Positions 25,263 through 37,592 are shown, counted from the first letter of the stretch. The stretch: 47,489 nucleotides of DNA from Sphaeroforma arctica JP610 (GCF_001186125.1 NW_014040437.1:22274-69762), one strand, 5' to 3'. A program made the numbers and translations. Notes: a model not told the origin generated them from the sequence alone.

Positions 25263-26575
25263 GTCTTTGCCTGGGTTGTTGGGCTGTCCCTGTCGTAAGC
25301 AGACGGTCTGTGTGCCGGTTGTGCGTCTCGTGATGTGCGGTTGGTGTCATACGGCCGCGCCCTGCCGTCCGTACCCCCTGGGGGCAACGCTCGGAAATTG
25401 TGACATCGCGAAATATGATGTAAAGCTGGCGGTGCTTGTGCCTGACATCCAGCACACGTTGTAGGTAATGTCGGCTGGGGTCGCTGTGCCCAGTTCTGTG
25501 ACTGTCGTCGAACCGTCTGCGGGTTAGGGCGGCTATTGGTGTAGTCACGAGCCCCATTACTTGGTGGGCCTTTGCGACTATTACGGTTTTGGAATCGTGC
25601 CGCAGTGCGCTGCTGTGCGTCCTGAATGTCGGGACTCAACAACTGTAGAAGTTCGCGAGTCTTCATTAACTGCCATTTGGGATGCAACTGTAGAGTGCGT
25701 TCATACGTACGGCCGTTGAGAGATTCCTCTAACAGTTGAACAATGCAATGGTTTAACAAATTCTGTTGGAAATCTGCATCTGTCTGGCACCATTCATGTG
25801 CCCTCCTGGATTCTTCATGAGCTGTGTCATTTGTTCCATGATGGGGGTATGCATTTCGACTGTGGCCCTTGGCAAGCTTACGAAACGCGGGATCAACAGT
25901 GGCTTGCGTCTCATGTGAGCAAATCTGTTCGATTTGTAGTTGTGGCGTCCACATCTTCAATCGATCAGATTTGTCACGTATGTATTCCAATGTTGACTTC
26001 TCAGCCTTAAAGTAAGATATAGCCTTGTGGAACCATGTAAGGCTCCAACTCTCATCTAACCCTGCGATCTGCGCGTTCTTAAAAGCCTCCAGTAGAGCCC
26101 CTCTCGTATCCCGTTCCATGATGTCATGGAGGTGGTATCTATTCGAGGGCCAGTCGGGCCATGTACGTGGTGATGGTCCCGGACGCTTTTCCACTGGTCG
26201 GGACTCTAGCGTGGCTCGAAGTATTTCAATCGCACCTTTAAGGGCTTCAGCTCGAGCCGTATTATTATCCTCTATTGCTTGGCATAACTCGTCGCTCAGG
26301 TGTAGTATACGTGCATGTAACCTCTGTCGACTATTCTCAATACTCGCCGATGTGGGTGGAGGTGCGAGCGACGTTGTCTCCGTTCGCTTGGGAGTCTGTA
26401 CATGCTCACTGGCGGCTTCCCTCTCGAACGACTGTCGCTGTTGATGTTGGAGATAGGTCGTGCTCATCTGGTCTTGCCTATTCTTGAGCGCTTCCTTCCC
26501 ATGTGGGTTTTGCTTGGCCAACACTTGCTCACGTGCGAATTCTTGGAATGACGGAGCCTCCTCTAGAGACGACAA
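25226..26575 (-). CDS. Gag-like ORF of the Ty3/Gypsy element
   Basis: 449-codon ORF directly upstream of the protease. Helical N-terminal part; basic, R/P-rich C-terminal part with CAGC-x8-H-x4-C. Confidence 0.75.
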   Translation of the reverse strand: MSSLEEAPSFQEFAREQVLAKQNPHGKEALKNRQDQMSTTYLQHQQRQSFEREAASEHVQTPKRTETTSLAPPPTSASIENSRQRLHARILHLSDELCQAIEDNNTARAEALKGAIEILRATLESRPVEKRPGPSPRTWPDWPSNRYHLHDIMERDTRGALLEAFKNAQIAGLDESWSLTWFHKAISYFKAEKSTLEYIRDKSDRLKMWTPQLQIEQICSHETQATVDPAFRKLAKGHSRNAYPHHGTNDTAHEESRRAHEWCQTDADFQQNLLNHCIVQLLEESLNGRTYERTLQLHPKWQLMKTRELLQLLSPDIQDAQQRTAARFQNRNSRKGPPSNGARDYTNSRPNPQTVRRQSQNWAQRPQPTLPTTCAGCQAQAPPALHHISRCHNFRALPPGGTDGRARPYDTNRTSRDAQPAHRPSAYDRDSPTTQAKTWSLHARLRLYR

Positions 26576-27009
26576 GGTATCTTTCTCCGAGTAATTGAAC
26601 TAGCCAACCTAGTGGGTTCGTTGATTCAGTCATTCACTTAATTTATTACAAAACCAGAAAGGTCGCGAGTTGGAAGTACTAGAATGTTTGCTTCAGTCAT
26701 TCACTTTATTTTTTGTGTAGTCAAAACCGAGTAAAGTTCAGTAAAGAGTGTCATGTCTGGAAAAAGTAAACTCAGTCAGAAGTGTCGTTATGACCGGCGC
26801 GCCTGCTGTATTTATTGAGAACGAAGGTTGGAAAAGTCACTGAATGTACACAGTCTCAATTCTATCAATGGAAACGTACTGAAATATTGATCAAAGTATA
26901 TTTAACTACAATTCCACCTTATAATGTATATTTATTGACTTTTTCGTGCAACATTTGCTTCAAATTTGAATTATAGAGCCTTCGTTTATATGGGTTTTTT
27001 TTAACGAAC

Positions 27010-27530
27010 AAATGCGTTGAGGGGAGGGGGGGTTCCAAATCATACAAGAGTTGCGCATTTTTTAATACTACTCTACGATAGGCAGAAAGCAAAATTCCAC
27101 AGATAAAACTATCGCGTTGAGTTACACCGCCTACTCTAAGGCTTTATGTAGTAGCATTGTCAGAGAGGTGGTATTTCATCCGTGGTACTATATATCTCAA
27201 TTGCTCGTCAGCTCTAGCAGGACTTGGCATTGAACCATTGAAAATAGTAACTGTAGCATCTGTTTTGTCCTATGCGACAATCGCTAAGTTCCAATGTGCT
27301 TTTTATGGTTCCACGGGGTCAACACAGATACCGTTTTAGAAACGTGTGCAGGTCTCCTGAGCCGTATGCTTTCTGCCCTACGGCCTACGGTACCTGTATA
27401 AGTCCTTCATCCATATTCTACGTGCATCAGCATCACAGAGGCAAACAACACGAGAGGAATATTTGTGAGAAATTGTAGAATATCCCGGATATTAGCGAGT
27501 CTTTGATCCATTCCCGTGGATTGCAGCATC
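27010..27530 (-). pseudogene. Ulp1-like (peptidase C48) cysteine protease relic, probably transposon-derived
   Basis: Motifs in the correct order across stops and frameshifts: NPREWIKDSLI (WIKD 27499-27510), VLTPWNHK/AHWNLAIV (HW 27291-27296), QRDSFICGILL (27096-27119). Confidence 0.65.
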
Positions 27531-28199
27531 CAGTGAGAAGAAATATGCTGATGCGGGTTCGCTGCTGAATCGACACAGCTAGTAAAAAAGGGCACGATAA
27601 GAACAAATAGACCATAGTTCTATAGGTAGCGAGGGACTCGTCATTATGCTGGAATGGTCTATGCTGGTCTTTAATTTTTTAACTTGAGCGGGGCGGTGCA
27701 CGTATCGGAGAGTTGCTCGTTTGTGAATGGCTAGCGCCTCTCCAAGAATATGGGGTAGGAAATCTTTCTTGTTCGTGCGGTCGGATTTGAATTAGAGTTC
27801 CGATTGAGCTTGTTTACCTGGGATGAAGAAGTAATATTCATAAGTAGCAACATGCATGGATTGTAATTTATATGGGAAATTCCATGTCTATATTGCGTAT
27901 GCAATGTAAGCTTCATAGAAAGTAAATAATTGGAGTACAAGGATACCGGTTGCGAGGATACCATAATAGATTATGAGTACATACACAGCAATATACAGAG
28001 TTTTTTTTTTGCGTTCGAATTGAAACGGAGTTCAGTCTCGGAGGCTGTTCTTCTACCCCAAATAGGAGTGGGATGTCCAGTGAGGTTTGGCTGTGCTGCA
28101 CATCTCCAAACGACACTCAAGTCTTTCAGTTCCTTATATGTCACAAACAAAACCGGAAGTCATGGTCGCTTTGGACCGTCATGAAGCGCCTCACTACCT

Positions 28200-29370
28200 C
28201 CTTAAGTGTTGTACGTTCTGTTATACAGTCTTAGCGATACTATTATCTCTCACGTTCCAAATAAAGGCATAGATAACACAGCTATCGACAACTTGTATCA
28301 TCTTGCCCTCAAATTCCAAAGTGTTAATCAACTTGCGCCTAAAGAGAATCTGTCTGGCGTTAATGCATTCCAAGCCACGACCGCTCATGATGCACGATAT
28401 GTGTCCATTATGCGACAAACCAGTCCATGGCACCTTCGGTTGCCCTTTATCAATCTACCGCAATTTTAGTCCAATAGTCACATAGGCAAGTGGTGTACCG
28501 TTGATAGCAAAACCTATAAATGTGGTGAATGCAAGCGCAACGAACATAATGATACACCGTATCTCCAGTCACGATACGGCGTCCTTCACGCCCGTGCTAC
28601 ACCACCACTCACCCTCACTCCTTTCAATACTTCTAACAAATACCCCAGCACAGCTCATTTTAAATGTCATTAAGAAATTGATACATTTTTACAACGGAAT
28701 ACAGGACCCACAACGACAACCCCCCTCTTGACCGCATCCTTAACTGTCTCCGGCGCAACGGTGCATATCAAAACAGCTTCAGATGATGTACAGGGTATAG
28801 AGTACAAAAAAATATTGTCTTCCTAACAAGTCTCAGTCTACACTCCACCACAAAGGCATCCTCCCAGTGCTCGGCAGACTCCTCATCCCGCCCCAGGCTT
28901 CCCAAAACATACCCTTCGTGCACCTTTTTTAACGCAACGGATTCATGAGGTTAAAACCACTCCTAGGTCTAAGCCTAGAACAGACAATTGCAAACCCAAC
29001 TCGACCTCGCTCCAGCAACATGTCGTCGGCAATGTTGATATCGATCTTTTCGTGTGTGCAAACAACGCACAGGTTTCAACGTATTGCAGCTTCGAGCCAG
29101 GCCCCCTCTTCAGGACACTTTCAAACAGTCTTAGCATCAGCAGCCTACTCACCCCTATCGTAATAAACCGTTTACCAAAATAACCTAAACGCCAAAAATG
29201 AGTTTGATACTGCAATCTTATCAGTAGGGATAATCATCACACAGTAAACTTATCCGCAAACACTGAAGCAACTACACTCTCACGTCGAAACTAATGAACG
29301 TCATACAGTGCCAAAAACGGCAGAAATCCTTTCAGGGAAAGCACAATATGTTTTGGCGCGCCCGAAACTA
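28200..29370 (+). pseudogene. Second retroelement relic: gag-like region with tandem CCHC knuckles, followed by a degenerate Dam-like MTase
   Basis: Perfect knuckle CPLCDKPVHGTFGC (28402-28443) plus two degenerate ones (to 28562). Then GNVDIDLFVCANNAQVSTYCSFEPGP / QDTFKQS*HQQPTHPYRNKPFTKI (29028-29182). Confidence 0.6.
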
Positions 29371-30682
29371 CTCAGCTTCTGCACGCCATGTGTCCAAGGA
29401 AAAATGCAATGGTGCCCCAATTCATGCGACCAAAGAACAAAATAGCCCATCAATTGTTGGGACAGTTTTCCCTGTCGACCTCTAGACCGGCCTACCAAGT
29501 ACATCAGGTGGATACACTTGGTATATCAAGTTCGTTGACGCGAAATATGATTATGCCCTTCGTCAATCCTCTTTAAGCACAAAGACGACTCTAGTGATAT
29601 TCTAGATTATTTCTAAACATACGTGGGTACGGACTACCTTACAGCCCAACGTGAGTTGAAAGCCGCGGCGAGTTCATATCTAAAGAATAGCAACTATGCG
29701 TGTGATGGTGCAACGCCACATACTTATATTGGATCAGAAATGTAGTTTTGAGAATGTTACCTTGTGAAGAACAATATCTAAGCATATATGATGGTTTGGC
29801 TTTGAAAATGTTAGCATAATTGACATCTCCCAATCTGTTGCGATAGAAGGATACGGATGCGCCAAGCAATGGTAACTTTTAAACTCTCAAATTGGACATG
29901 TGAGAACTTAGCTATATAAAGAGCCATTGGCTGCAGGAGGGCTGTGGTGGAGAGACAGATCATGAAGCAAGTCTGGACTGAATGGTACAATTAGTGTCTA
30001 TGAAGACACTGATAAAGTCAATTTAAGAGAGTCTACTTCAGTAGTGAACTGTGCAATCAAAGAGGGTTGTACTATTGTAAAAGTGGTTCCCTCCCGAAAA
30101 CCTCTGTGCATTAATTAACCCAAAACAAGCGGAACAGTGCATGAAACAAACACATTTTTATGAAACACCTGATAGAATGCGCCAAAAAAGGTTCTATTCT
30201 AAACTATTGACTAAATTCTTAGTATCGGCCAGCTCATCTGCATATAATGTGTTTTACAAATTTGACGAAATACATGTCACTAGATGTTCTTCACACACTC
30301 ACTTATAGTCACTATTGACTATATGTATGTACCATGTACCAAATAAAAAAAACACTCGTTCCATTGTTTCTGTTTTGTATTTTTCTTGAAGTATGTATCG
30401 AATATATATTATTGAATTGAGAAACTAAGTCCAACAAGTACATGTATATTTTAGAGCTTTCAGTTTCCACAGCCCGCGACGTCCCGGCCGTCATTTGTTT
30501 TCAAAAACAGCTACTCCACATTCCTGTACACATTGTGGAGAACATAGTCTGGACCGACGGCGCTTGTAACTTGTACAACTAAATACAGCGGAATGTCTAC
30601 ATCTCGCCTGTTTCGCCGGGCGTGTTTATAGTAGAACATACCAAGTCTTGTTTACATGTAGTCCTCTTGTCAGCATGGAGCA

Positions 30683-31037
30683 CTACGCGTCGGACACCTT
30701 CTCCGATGCCTTCTCTGCTTGGGCTATTTCGTCCGCTTTCCTCTCCTCCACTCTCTTTTTCTCTGCACACTCTTTAACGTAATCGCGACAATGCTGCTTT
30801 ATATGCAATTTGAACAGATCTTCTCGAGAGAACACCTCCTTGCAATTATCCCAGAGACAGGGATATGGTTGATTGCCTGTATGTGTGCACATATGTATTT
30901 CCAAATTATGTGTTGTGGAGAACATGCGCTCGCAGCCTTGCCATGAGCACGGAATAACCAACGGCGCTTCGTACTTGATCTCTACGCCGTACTCGTCGTA
31001 CTCTACTTTCCGCTTCGCCCTAGTCGCTGAGCACCAC
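30683..31037 (-). CDS. Terminal exon with two tandem C2H2 zinc fingers
   Basis: CSWQGCERMFSTTHNLEIHMCTH-TGNQPYP-CLWDNCKEVFSREDLFKLHIKQH, with a canonical TGEKPY-like linker. The frame is open up to a CAG acceptor at 31040-31038. Confidence 0.75.
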
Positions 31038-31319
31038 CTGGTTGTTAAAGAGCGAGTGATAGAATAAACAGCTCGATATCAGCAGATGGATACACTAGGG
31101 GCAGCAACAGTTATTCTGGAACCTCGGCCCATGCCGGCGAGGACGAAATAACTAGGCATCAAGGTCGATCGATCGCATTCATCCTTGCAAATATGCATTC
31201 ATGGCAGTAAGAAAACAGTCGTGAGAATAATTTGCACGCTGATACCAGTCCAATCACAAATCTACCCACAATTCACGAACTTTAACACTTCCTGTGTAAA
31301 GCGTGCTGCAACTATCAGC

Positions 31320-31922
31320 TCATACACTGACCTTTAAAATTGGCATGAGATAAACACATAAGTGCTCTCGAGATATGCACCTGTGCCAGGCAGCAGGGAT
31401 GTAGACGGGGCATGCTTTAAAAATAACACATGTACACTCTCTTGCAGTAGCCGTAGGGTATGTATACATAACATGTGGTGGTGACATACATAGCAGATCT
31501 TTCGCCAACTATTAGCGCCTACACTGACCTTTAAGATTGGCATGAGATAATCACATAAGTGCTCTCGCGATATGCTCCTGTGCCAGGCAGCAGGGATGTA
31601 GACGGGGCATGCTTTAAAAATAACACATGTACATTCTCTTGCAGTAGCCGTAGTGTATGTATACATAACATGTGGTGGTGGTGGTGACACACATAGCAGA
31701 TCTTTTGCCAACTACTAGCTCCTACGCTGACCTTTAAGATTGGCATGAGATAATCACATAAGTGCTCTCGCGATATGCACCTGTGCCAGGCAGCAGGGAT
31801 GTAGACGGGGTATGCTATAAAAAATAGCACATGTACACAAAAAATAGCACATGTACACTCTCTTGCAGTAGCCGCCGGGTATTTACACATAACGTGTGGT
31901 GGTGATATATGTAGCAGATCTT
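31320..31922. repeat. ~200-bp tandem repeat, 3 copies
   Basis: Units start near 31322, 31519 and 31722 (tacactgacctttaagattggcatgagataa...tagcagatctt). Confidence 0.93.
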
Positions 31923-32917
31923 TGTATATTACAAAGCTTCATTGTGAATAAAGCAAAAACAACAAAGATGCAAATACGAGATCTAGCTGAGCCTGCATAG
32001 TACAAGTTGAACATCGCCCGCATATACACTGGGATTCAAATAACACCTTGAGCAAGACTATATAATGAGCCTGCCCTTCTCTATGCTATATATGGGAACA
32101 ATCACCTCACAACGTGAAGATGAGAGTTAGCACAGCACTTCGAACAACCACTCCAGTGGCAGATTCCTTTATTACATATTGACTCATTTATGCATGTGAA
32201 TTGACTAGGTGTTTATAGGTGGAAACAAACAGATCGATCCTGATAAAAACTATTGGGCATATTCTTTTGAACTAAGGAGCGAGCAGTAAAAAGAATCCAA
32301 CAGATAATGAGCGACAAAATATAAGCATGCTTGTCAGAGGCAACGTCTCTGTTCTCAGTCGACATGCGTACTACATATATTGTACACACACATATAAAAT
32401 TGGTATCTCCATACATGGTACTATGTATATAGCACTATAATGCATATACAACCACACCTACACATATATACGCCCGTATACTGGAAAGACGATAAAAATC
32501 AAGACTCATAGATTGTTCGATACGCTGCACTTTACATTTATACCTCCTTCACAATTAAAATTGCTTAGCGTGTGTAAGATTAATGGAACTGTGTGAGAAT
32601 TTGGATTAAGTCGTACAAAGAAACAATTAACCTACCCCAGTTGCAAATTGAGATAACATTGACTAGTGGCCATAAAGATATGCAGCCTTTCGTGAAAAGG
32701 AACAAACCCTCTGTATATACAATGCTACCGATCACAATAAGCACTTACTGGTTTCCAAGTGGTGTACTGGCGTGCAGTGCTTACAAACTGTACAGAAGTG
32801 TATGAAGGTGCTTTGTACCTTTGGTGCATGAATGCGTGATTCAAGTGCACAAACTCCTGCATAGTTCAAGCGAGGAAATCTTCTGCTATAAAATTACAAA
32901 GATACAAAAAAATATAT

Positions 32918-32997
32918 ACACACACACACACACACACGCACACACACACACACACACACACGCACACACACACACACACACACATTTATATATATAT
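32918..32997. repeat. (CA)n/(TA)n microsatellite
   Basis: Seen directly. Confidence 0.95.
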
Positions 32998-33031
32998 AAA
33001 ATTGGTCGGATCGCGTACCATTTGCACTCAC

Positions 33032-33345
33032 CTCTTTGGAGGCAGTGCCTCAATAGTTCTCCTTTGTTTCTGTACTTGACTCATAGTGGCAGCTGCGCGT
33101 AAACCTAACACATTCGCTGACGATGAAGTATACGCATAACCACGTGCAGGTTGTTTACTCACGTGTGCACCAAAACCGCACCGAAGGGTGGTGGATGCAA
33201 ATGATTTATTCACAGTTGTGGATGCAACGCCAGTACTGGCTGTAAAAGCCTGGTGTACAACATTCAGGTAACTATTGTTAGCACAGCGTGCAGAAGACAC
33301 ATTGCCAACACCTAGACCGGTGTGTACTGATCTGATCGTGCTCAT
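33032..33345 (-). CDS. Probable first exon of a minus-strand gene (possibly the C2H2 gene); presequence-like composition
   Basis: MSTIRSVHTG... about 104 codons, S/T/A/R-rich with a single acidic residue. Ends at a perfect AG|GTGAGT donor. Confidence 0.45.
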
Positions 33346-35573
33346 AATACCTATAGCAGGCTCAGTATATTGAGCCGAGTTCAAGTAAATACTAGCTTAC
33401 TTTTGCAAGTAAATATAAAGCTTTACCTATGCGATGCCTGTTTATTATATGCACATACATATATAAAGTATTTTTTCGACAAAAATATATAAAATCTCAA
33501 ATTCATGACCTCACGGGCCCACAGGCCCAGTGGCCCAGAGTCTCCAGTCTCCCCAGCCATTCAGGAGTCAGCAAATACAGCCATCACTCTAAATACCAGC
33601 CATGCGTTTTTGCATCATCCGTTTTCTGGAGTACCGAACCTCTCTCTATATATACTTTATAATATTAAATATGACATTAAGTACAGAATGCACATGTAAG
33701 TACTGTATAGTAGACTACAGTATAGTAGATACTGTATGTACATGCGATGTCGTATGACGGCACAGTATGTAAATACATACGCTTCAACAACAAGTGGATA
33801 TATTTATAATTAGTAGAGCTGAAACGTAAAGTACACCCTGTCAGTGTGTTCATCGTAGCAGGTGGGGCTACCTGGAGTATATGAACACTTTCCAGCTAGG
33901 ATTCATTGCCACAGCGATGTTAGTAATCTATAAACCGTACGATAGGCTGTATATACCCATATGTACCCATATTAACATCGAATGAATGTTGTCAAAAAAT
34001 ATCAGGAAAATTATTGTTGCCTTGAGTTGCAATGGAATGAATTAAAACCCACACGACTTCGTAGTTTTGACTGTGTAGTGTCAGTGATTTTGTGTGACAA
34101 ATGATAATGATAGCATTGTTAACGACATAAGATCGAAGGTTCGATGTATCCAATATCACTACTCTTTGACTCGTAAATAATTTCACTCTTTGACTCTTGG
34201 TAGTGTATTGTCAATATTCAGTGCTACCAAATGATGATTCTCGGCAGTACAACCCCACTGCATCATCGTAGCCAAATAACTAATAAAAGCTGGATGGTAT
34301 AATTTCAATGTTTCAGTGGAAACATACTGCGCTGAAGGGCAAATATGTGTTGGCTGTGCTTGACCACAGGTGTGTAGCTCAGAGTCTTGCCGAGTTGTAA
34401 GGGCCATTTCTGATGCGGATCCGGGAATTGGTATTATTGGGGATTGAGCTTGTTGGTGAGATGGTCTTAGAATATAACGTTGTATAGCGGTCTGGCAACA
34501 CAAACCTATCGCAACGATACGACGCGGTATATTCAATCACAGAACAGCGCTGTTGCTTGTACGATCTCGCACTGTCGAATGCGGACCAGTACACATCCGC
34601 TCTCACGCCTGGCAATGGCGTGTTTCCTTACTGGAGTAGGCTATGTTGAGCTGAGTTGGTGGCTTGCGATATGATGTGCTGCTGTTATAAAATCTGAAGC
34701 TCGTTTGGGATATAGTCGTGCATTGATATGTACTACATTCGTTTGGTGTTAGATAGATAAAACGGCGTTCTGCGTGGCAGGGCATACATATGTTGTGTTT
34801 GTATAGATATCGCTTATCTGATGGTGTATTGTCAGCTCTAGTTGAGTCGAATGCGTCCCAATTCTCTACTTTACCAGGGCTGTTATTGTATCAACTATGT
34901 TCGATTCAGTCTCCTATCTGCTGGTTAGCACAGCATTGCGGTAAGTTCTTGTAGTAGGATCTCGTCACCATACGCTGATAAGTCGCGTGGCGGATGTTCA
35001 GTTGGGAGCAGTTGTGGACTGCCAATACATATAAACATAATTGTTGCAATATGAAAGTCTACGTCCACAAGTGTTGGTGTATGGTTGCTCTGTGCACGAT
35101 TGCTTTATCATATATATCAACGCAATTGTTGCCATATGACAATAATCTGCGTTTACAAGCGTTGGTGCATGGTTGCTCGTGCACGTTTGCTCTAGACGCA
35201 CAATTGCTCTAGACGCACAATTGCTCTATAATATATATAAACAGAATTGTCGCCACACGAAAGTCCTGCTTCCAGAAGGGTTGGTGCACGAGTGCTTTAT
35301 AGCTCAGCGGAACACCAAGCACAGTCACGACACAAAGTTTTGATAGACTGTGACCCCAACTCTCAAAATACTCTTGTCCCGGTTTCAGGTTTATTGTCCC
35401 GGTTTCGGGTTTATGATCGGCTGCGTGCTTGGAATGGGCCACTGAGCGGTATAATATTACACCTGTCTATCAAACACTAGTGCCTTAGGTACAACACAAA
35501 GAAGCTGCTATGTCATCAATCAACCACACCGGAATGTCTACGGTCGACAGTCTACACCCGTAGGCCACCCAGA

Positions 35574-37554
35574 TCAGCTGAAGTGACACGCGACCCGAGC
35601 GAACAGCATGTGCACTATAGGGATGTTATCTAGCAGGCCCGTGTGCACCGCACGCCCCAGCATGTCCGCAAACAACCCCTTGTACGACTGAGGGTATATC
35701 ATCTCCAGTCGCATCAACAGCTCCGTATGCGCTGCGTCGGCTCCGATAGTCTGGGCGGCGGTGCTTGCACACCCGGTGCGTGGGCGTGGGTGTGTTTCTC
35801 GTGTGCGCATCTCTGCGGTGGTGTCGTCTGTCAGCTGGAGTGGCGTATGTCGTGCACATCCACCGGTGGCGGCAGATCCATCTGTGGCAATACTCACACG
35901 CACACCCCCATGAGAGGCTCCTCCGTCACACCCACCCCTACAGTCAACACTCATGGCCTCCAACGGTCGCAGCGCCGCGTGTGCACTATTGTGGCTGAGC
36001 ATAGCGCAAGTGCCTTCCCTTGAGCACGTGCTTGTCTCACCGTCTCGTGGTGCGTACGCTTCAGAGCCAAACCAGTGGAGGTCCCGTCCCCGCTCCAGCG
36101 AATCCATACTCCCCACCTGGTCCGTACAGTGCGACGTGATCGTCGGCCCAGAACACACCCCGTCTAGTATCGGCTCAGCACTACTAGTCAGTGGCACGGT
36201 ACAATGGCATGCACACCCCTTGTGTGCTTGTGGTATACTCCCCTTACCCACCCCACTCGGTGCACCGCTTAGAGGGCTGTCCGCAGAAGTAGGGGCCGTG
36301 TCTGAGTCCCCTCTCGCAACTGCACCCGAAATACACACCGGTTGTACGCACGTATACTCCAAGCGATGGGCGCACCCAGTACACCCAGCCCTGCACGCGC
36401 ACGAGCACATGTGGGCTCGGGTCGTCTCTATTTCGTTCTCACTTTCCCAGTGCTGCACAATAGGCGTCAAGATAGCCCTGGCCATCTCCGAGTCGGCTTG
36501 TGGTCCTAAGCTAGTCACATCGTTGGCGGTGCCTGTATTGGCACTCGCATCCTGCTGTGGGCGTGCGTGTGTGTGTGTCTGTGCACCTGCTTGTGCCGAG
36601 GTAGGGGCAGCACCAATGGTGTTTGTGGACGCTGGGTTCGCCTCGGCCGTGGTCATGGCTTCGTTGGAATGGATCAGGGCCGAGTGTACTGGGACGTAGC
36701 CGTCCAGACGGGTGGCGACTAGAATGACGGTGCGGAACACTCCCAGCCCTGAACAACCGCAGGACGGGACAGTGGCGTCAGGGGAGTCAATGGGCGGGTC
36801 ACTCAACGTGATAAAAGCGTATAAACGAACGTGATAAAGCGTTTATAAAAGCGTATACGTCGTAGTAGGCAATCTGTGGTGTACAAACGCACATGGCCAT
36901 GGTAGCCATAGCTACCTCATTGTAGCCACTGCTTATACTCACTCACTTTCGCGGAAGTAGTAAAAGTGTGTGCAGATTGAAGAATGTGACAATGACACCC
37001 TTGGTGCACGCATAGTCGCCTACTTATACCCACTCGCTGTCACGAAGTAGTAAACGTTTATACTGATTAACGCACACGACGAAGACATCCTTGGTACACG
37101 TATAGTCACCTACTTATACTCACTCACAGGATGTCGCGAAATTGTAAACGTGTGAGCACATTGTATCCGCATACCGACAGGGTGATGAGCTAGACGGTAC
37201 AGTAACGAGTCCTCTACGCGACCACCATCGGCACGTTTGAGCTGAGCGATGCTGTCAGATCCGTTGAAGTTGGACAGAAACCACAGCCCAAACCCAACAA
37301 GAGGCGATACGGCGTGTGTGGGTGTGCCTGTGCACGTGTATGTGAGTGAGTGAGTGAGTGAGTGAGTGAGTATATAAATATATATATATATATATATATA
37401 CATATACGTATATATATATATATATATATAGTGCGTGAGTGAGTGGATGAGTGAATGGGTGAGTGAGTGAGTGAGTATGTAAGTGGGTTTGGGATTTTGT
37501 TGGCGAATGGGTGAGTGAGTGAGTGAGTGCGAGAGTACGAGTGTGAGTGAGTAA

Positions 37555-37592
<38 letters not shown>

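Larger units (their letters stand above)
20044..26800 (-). mobile_element. Decayed Ty3/Gypsy (chromovirus-like) LTR retrotransposon: gag, PR-RT-RNase H-N6-adenine MTase-integrase-chromodomain
   Basis: Domain order PR-RT-RH-INT is that of Ty3/Gypsy. Motifs LLDTGA, YIDD, ETDASDYGLGG, HHCC, DD35E and chromodomain are present. Several in-frame stops and frameshifts. The 3' LTR and PPT are identifiable; the 5' boundary is approximate. Confidence 0.93.

Noticed and set aside
21742..29190. Stop-codon reassignment (TAA/TAG read as Gln) as an explanation for the in-frame stops
   Set aside because: The stops are confined to TE relics that also carry frameshifts. Host exons are free of TAA/TAG over kilobases despite very high Gln content, and the large gene ends in TAA.
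31320..31890. Three similar minus-strand ORFs
   Set aside because: They are produced by the ~200-bp tandem repeat, with the frame shifting between units and no domain.
33990..35480. Short ORFs between the C2H2 and FAM135-like genes
   Set aside because: No motifs and no supportable exon chain.
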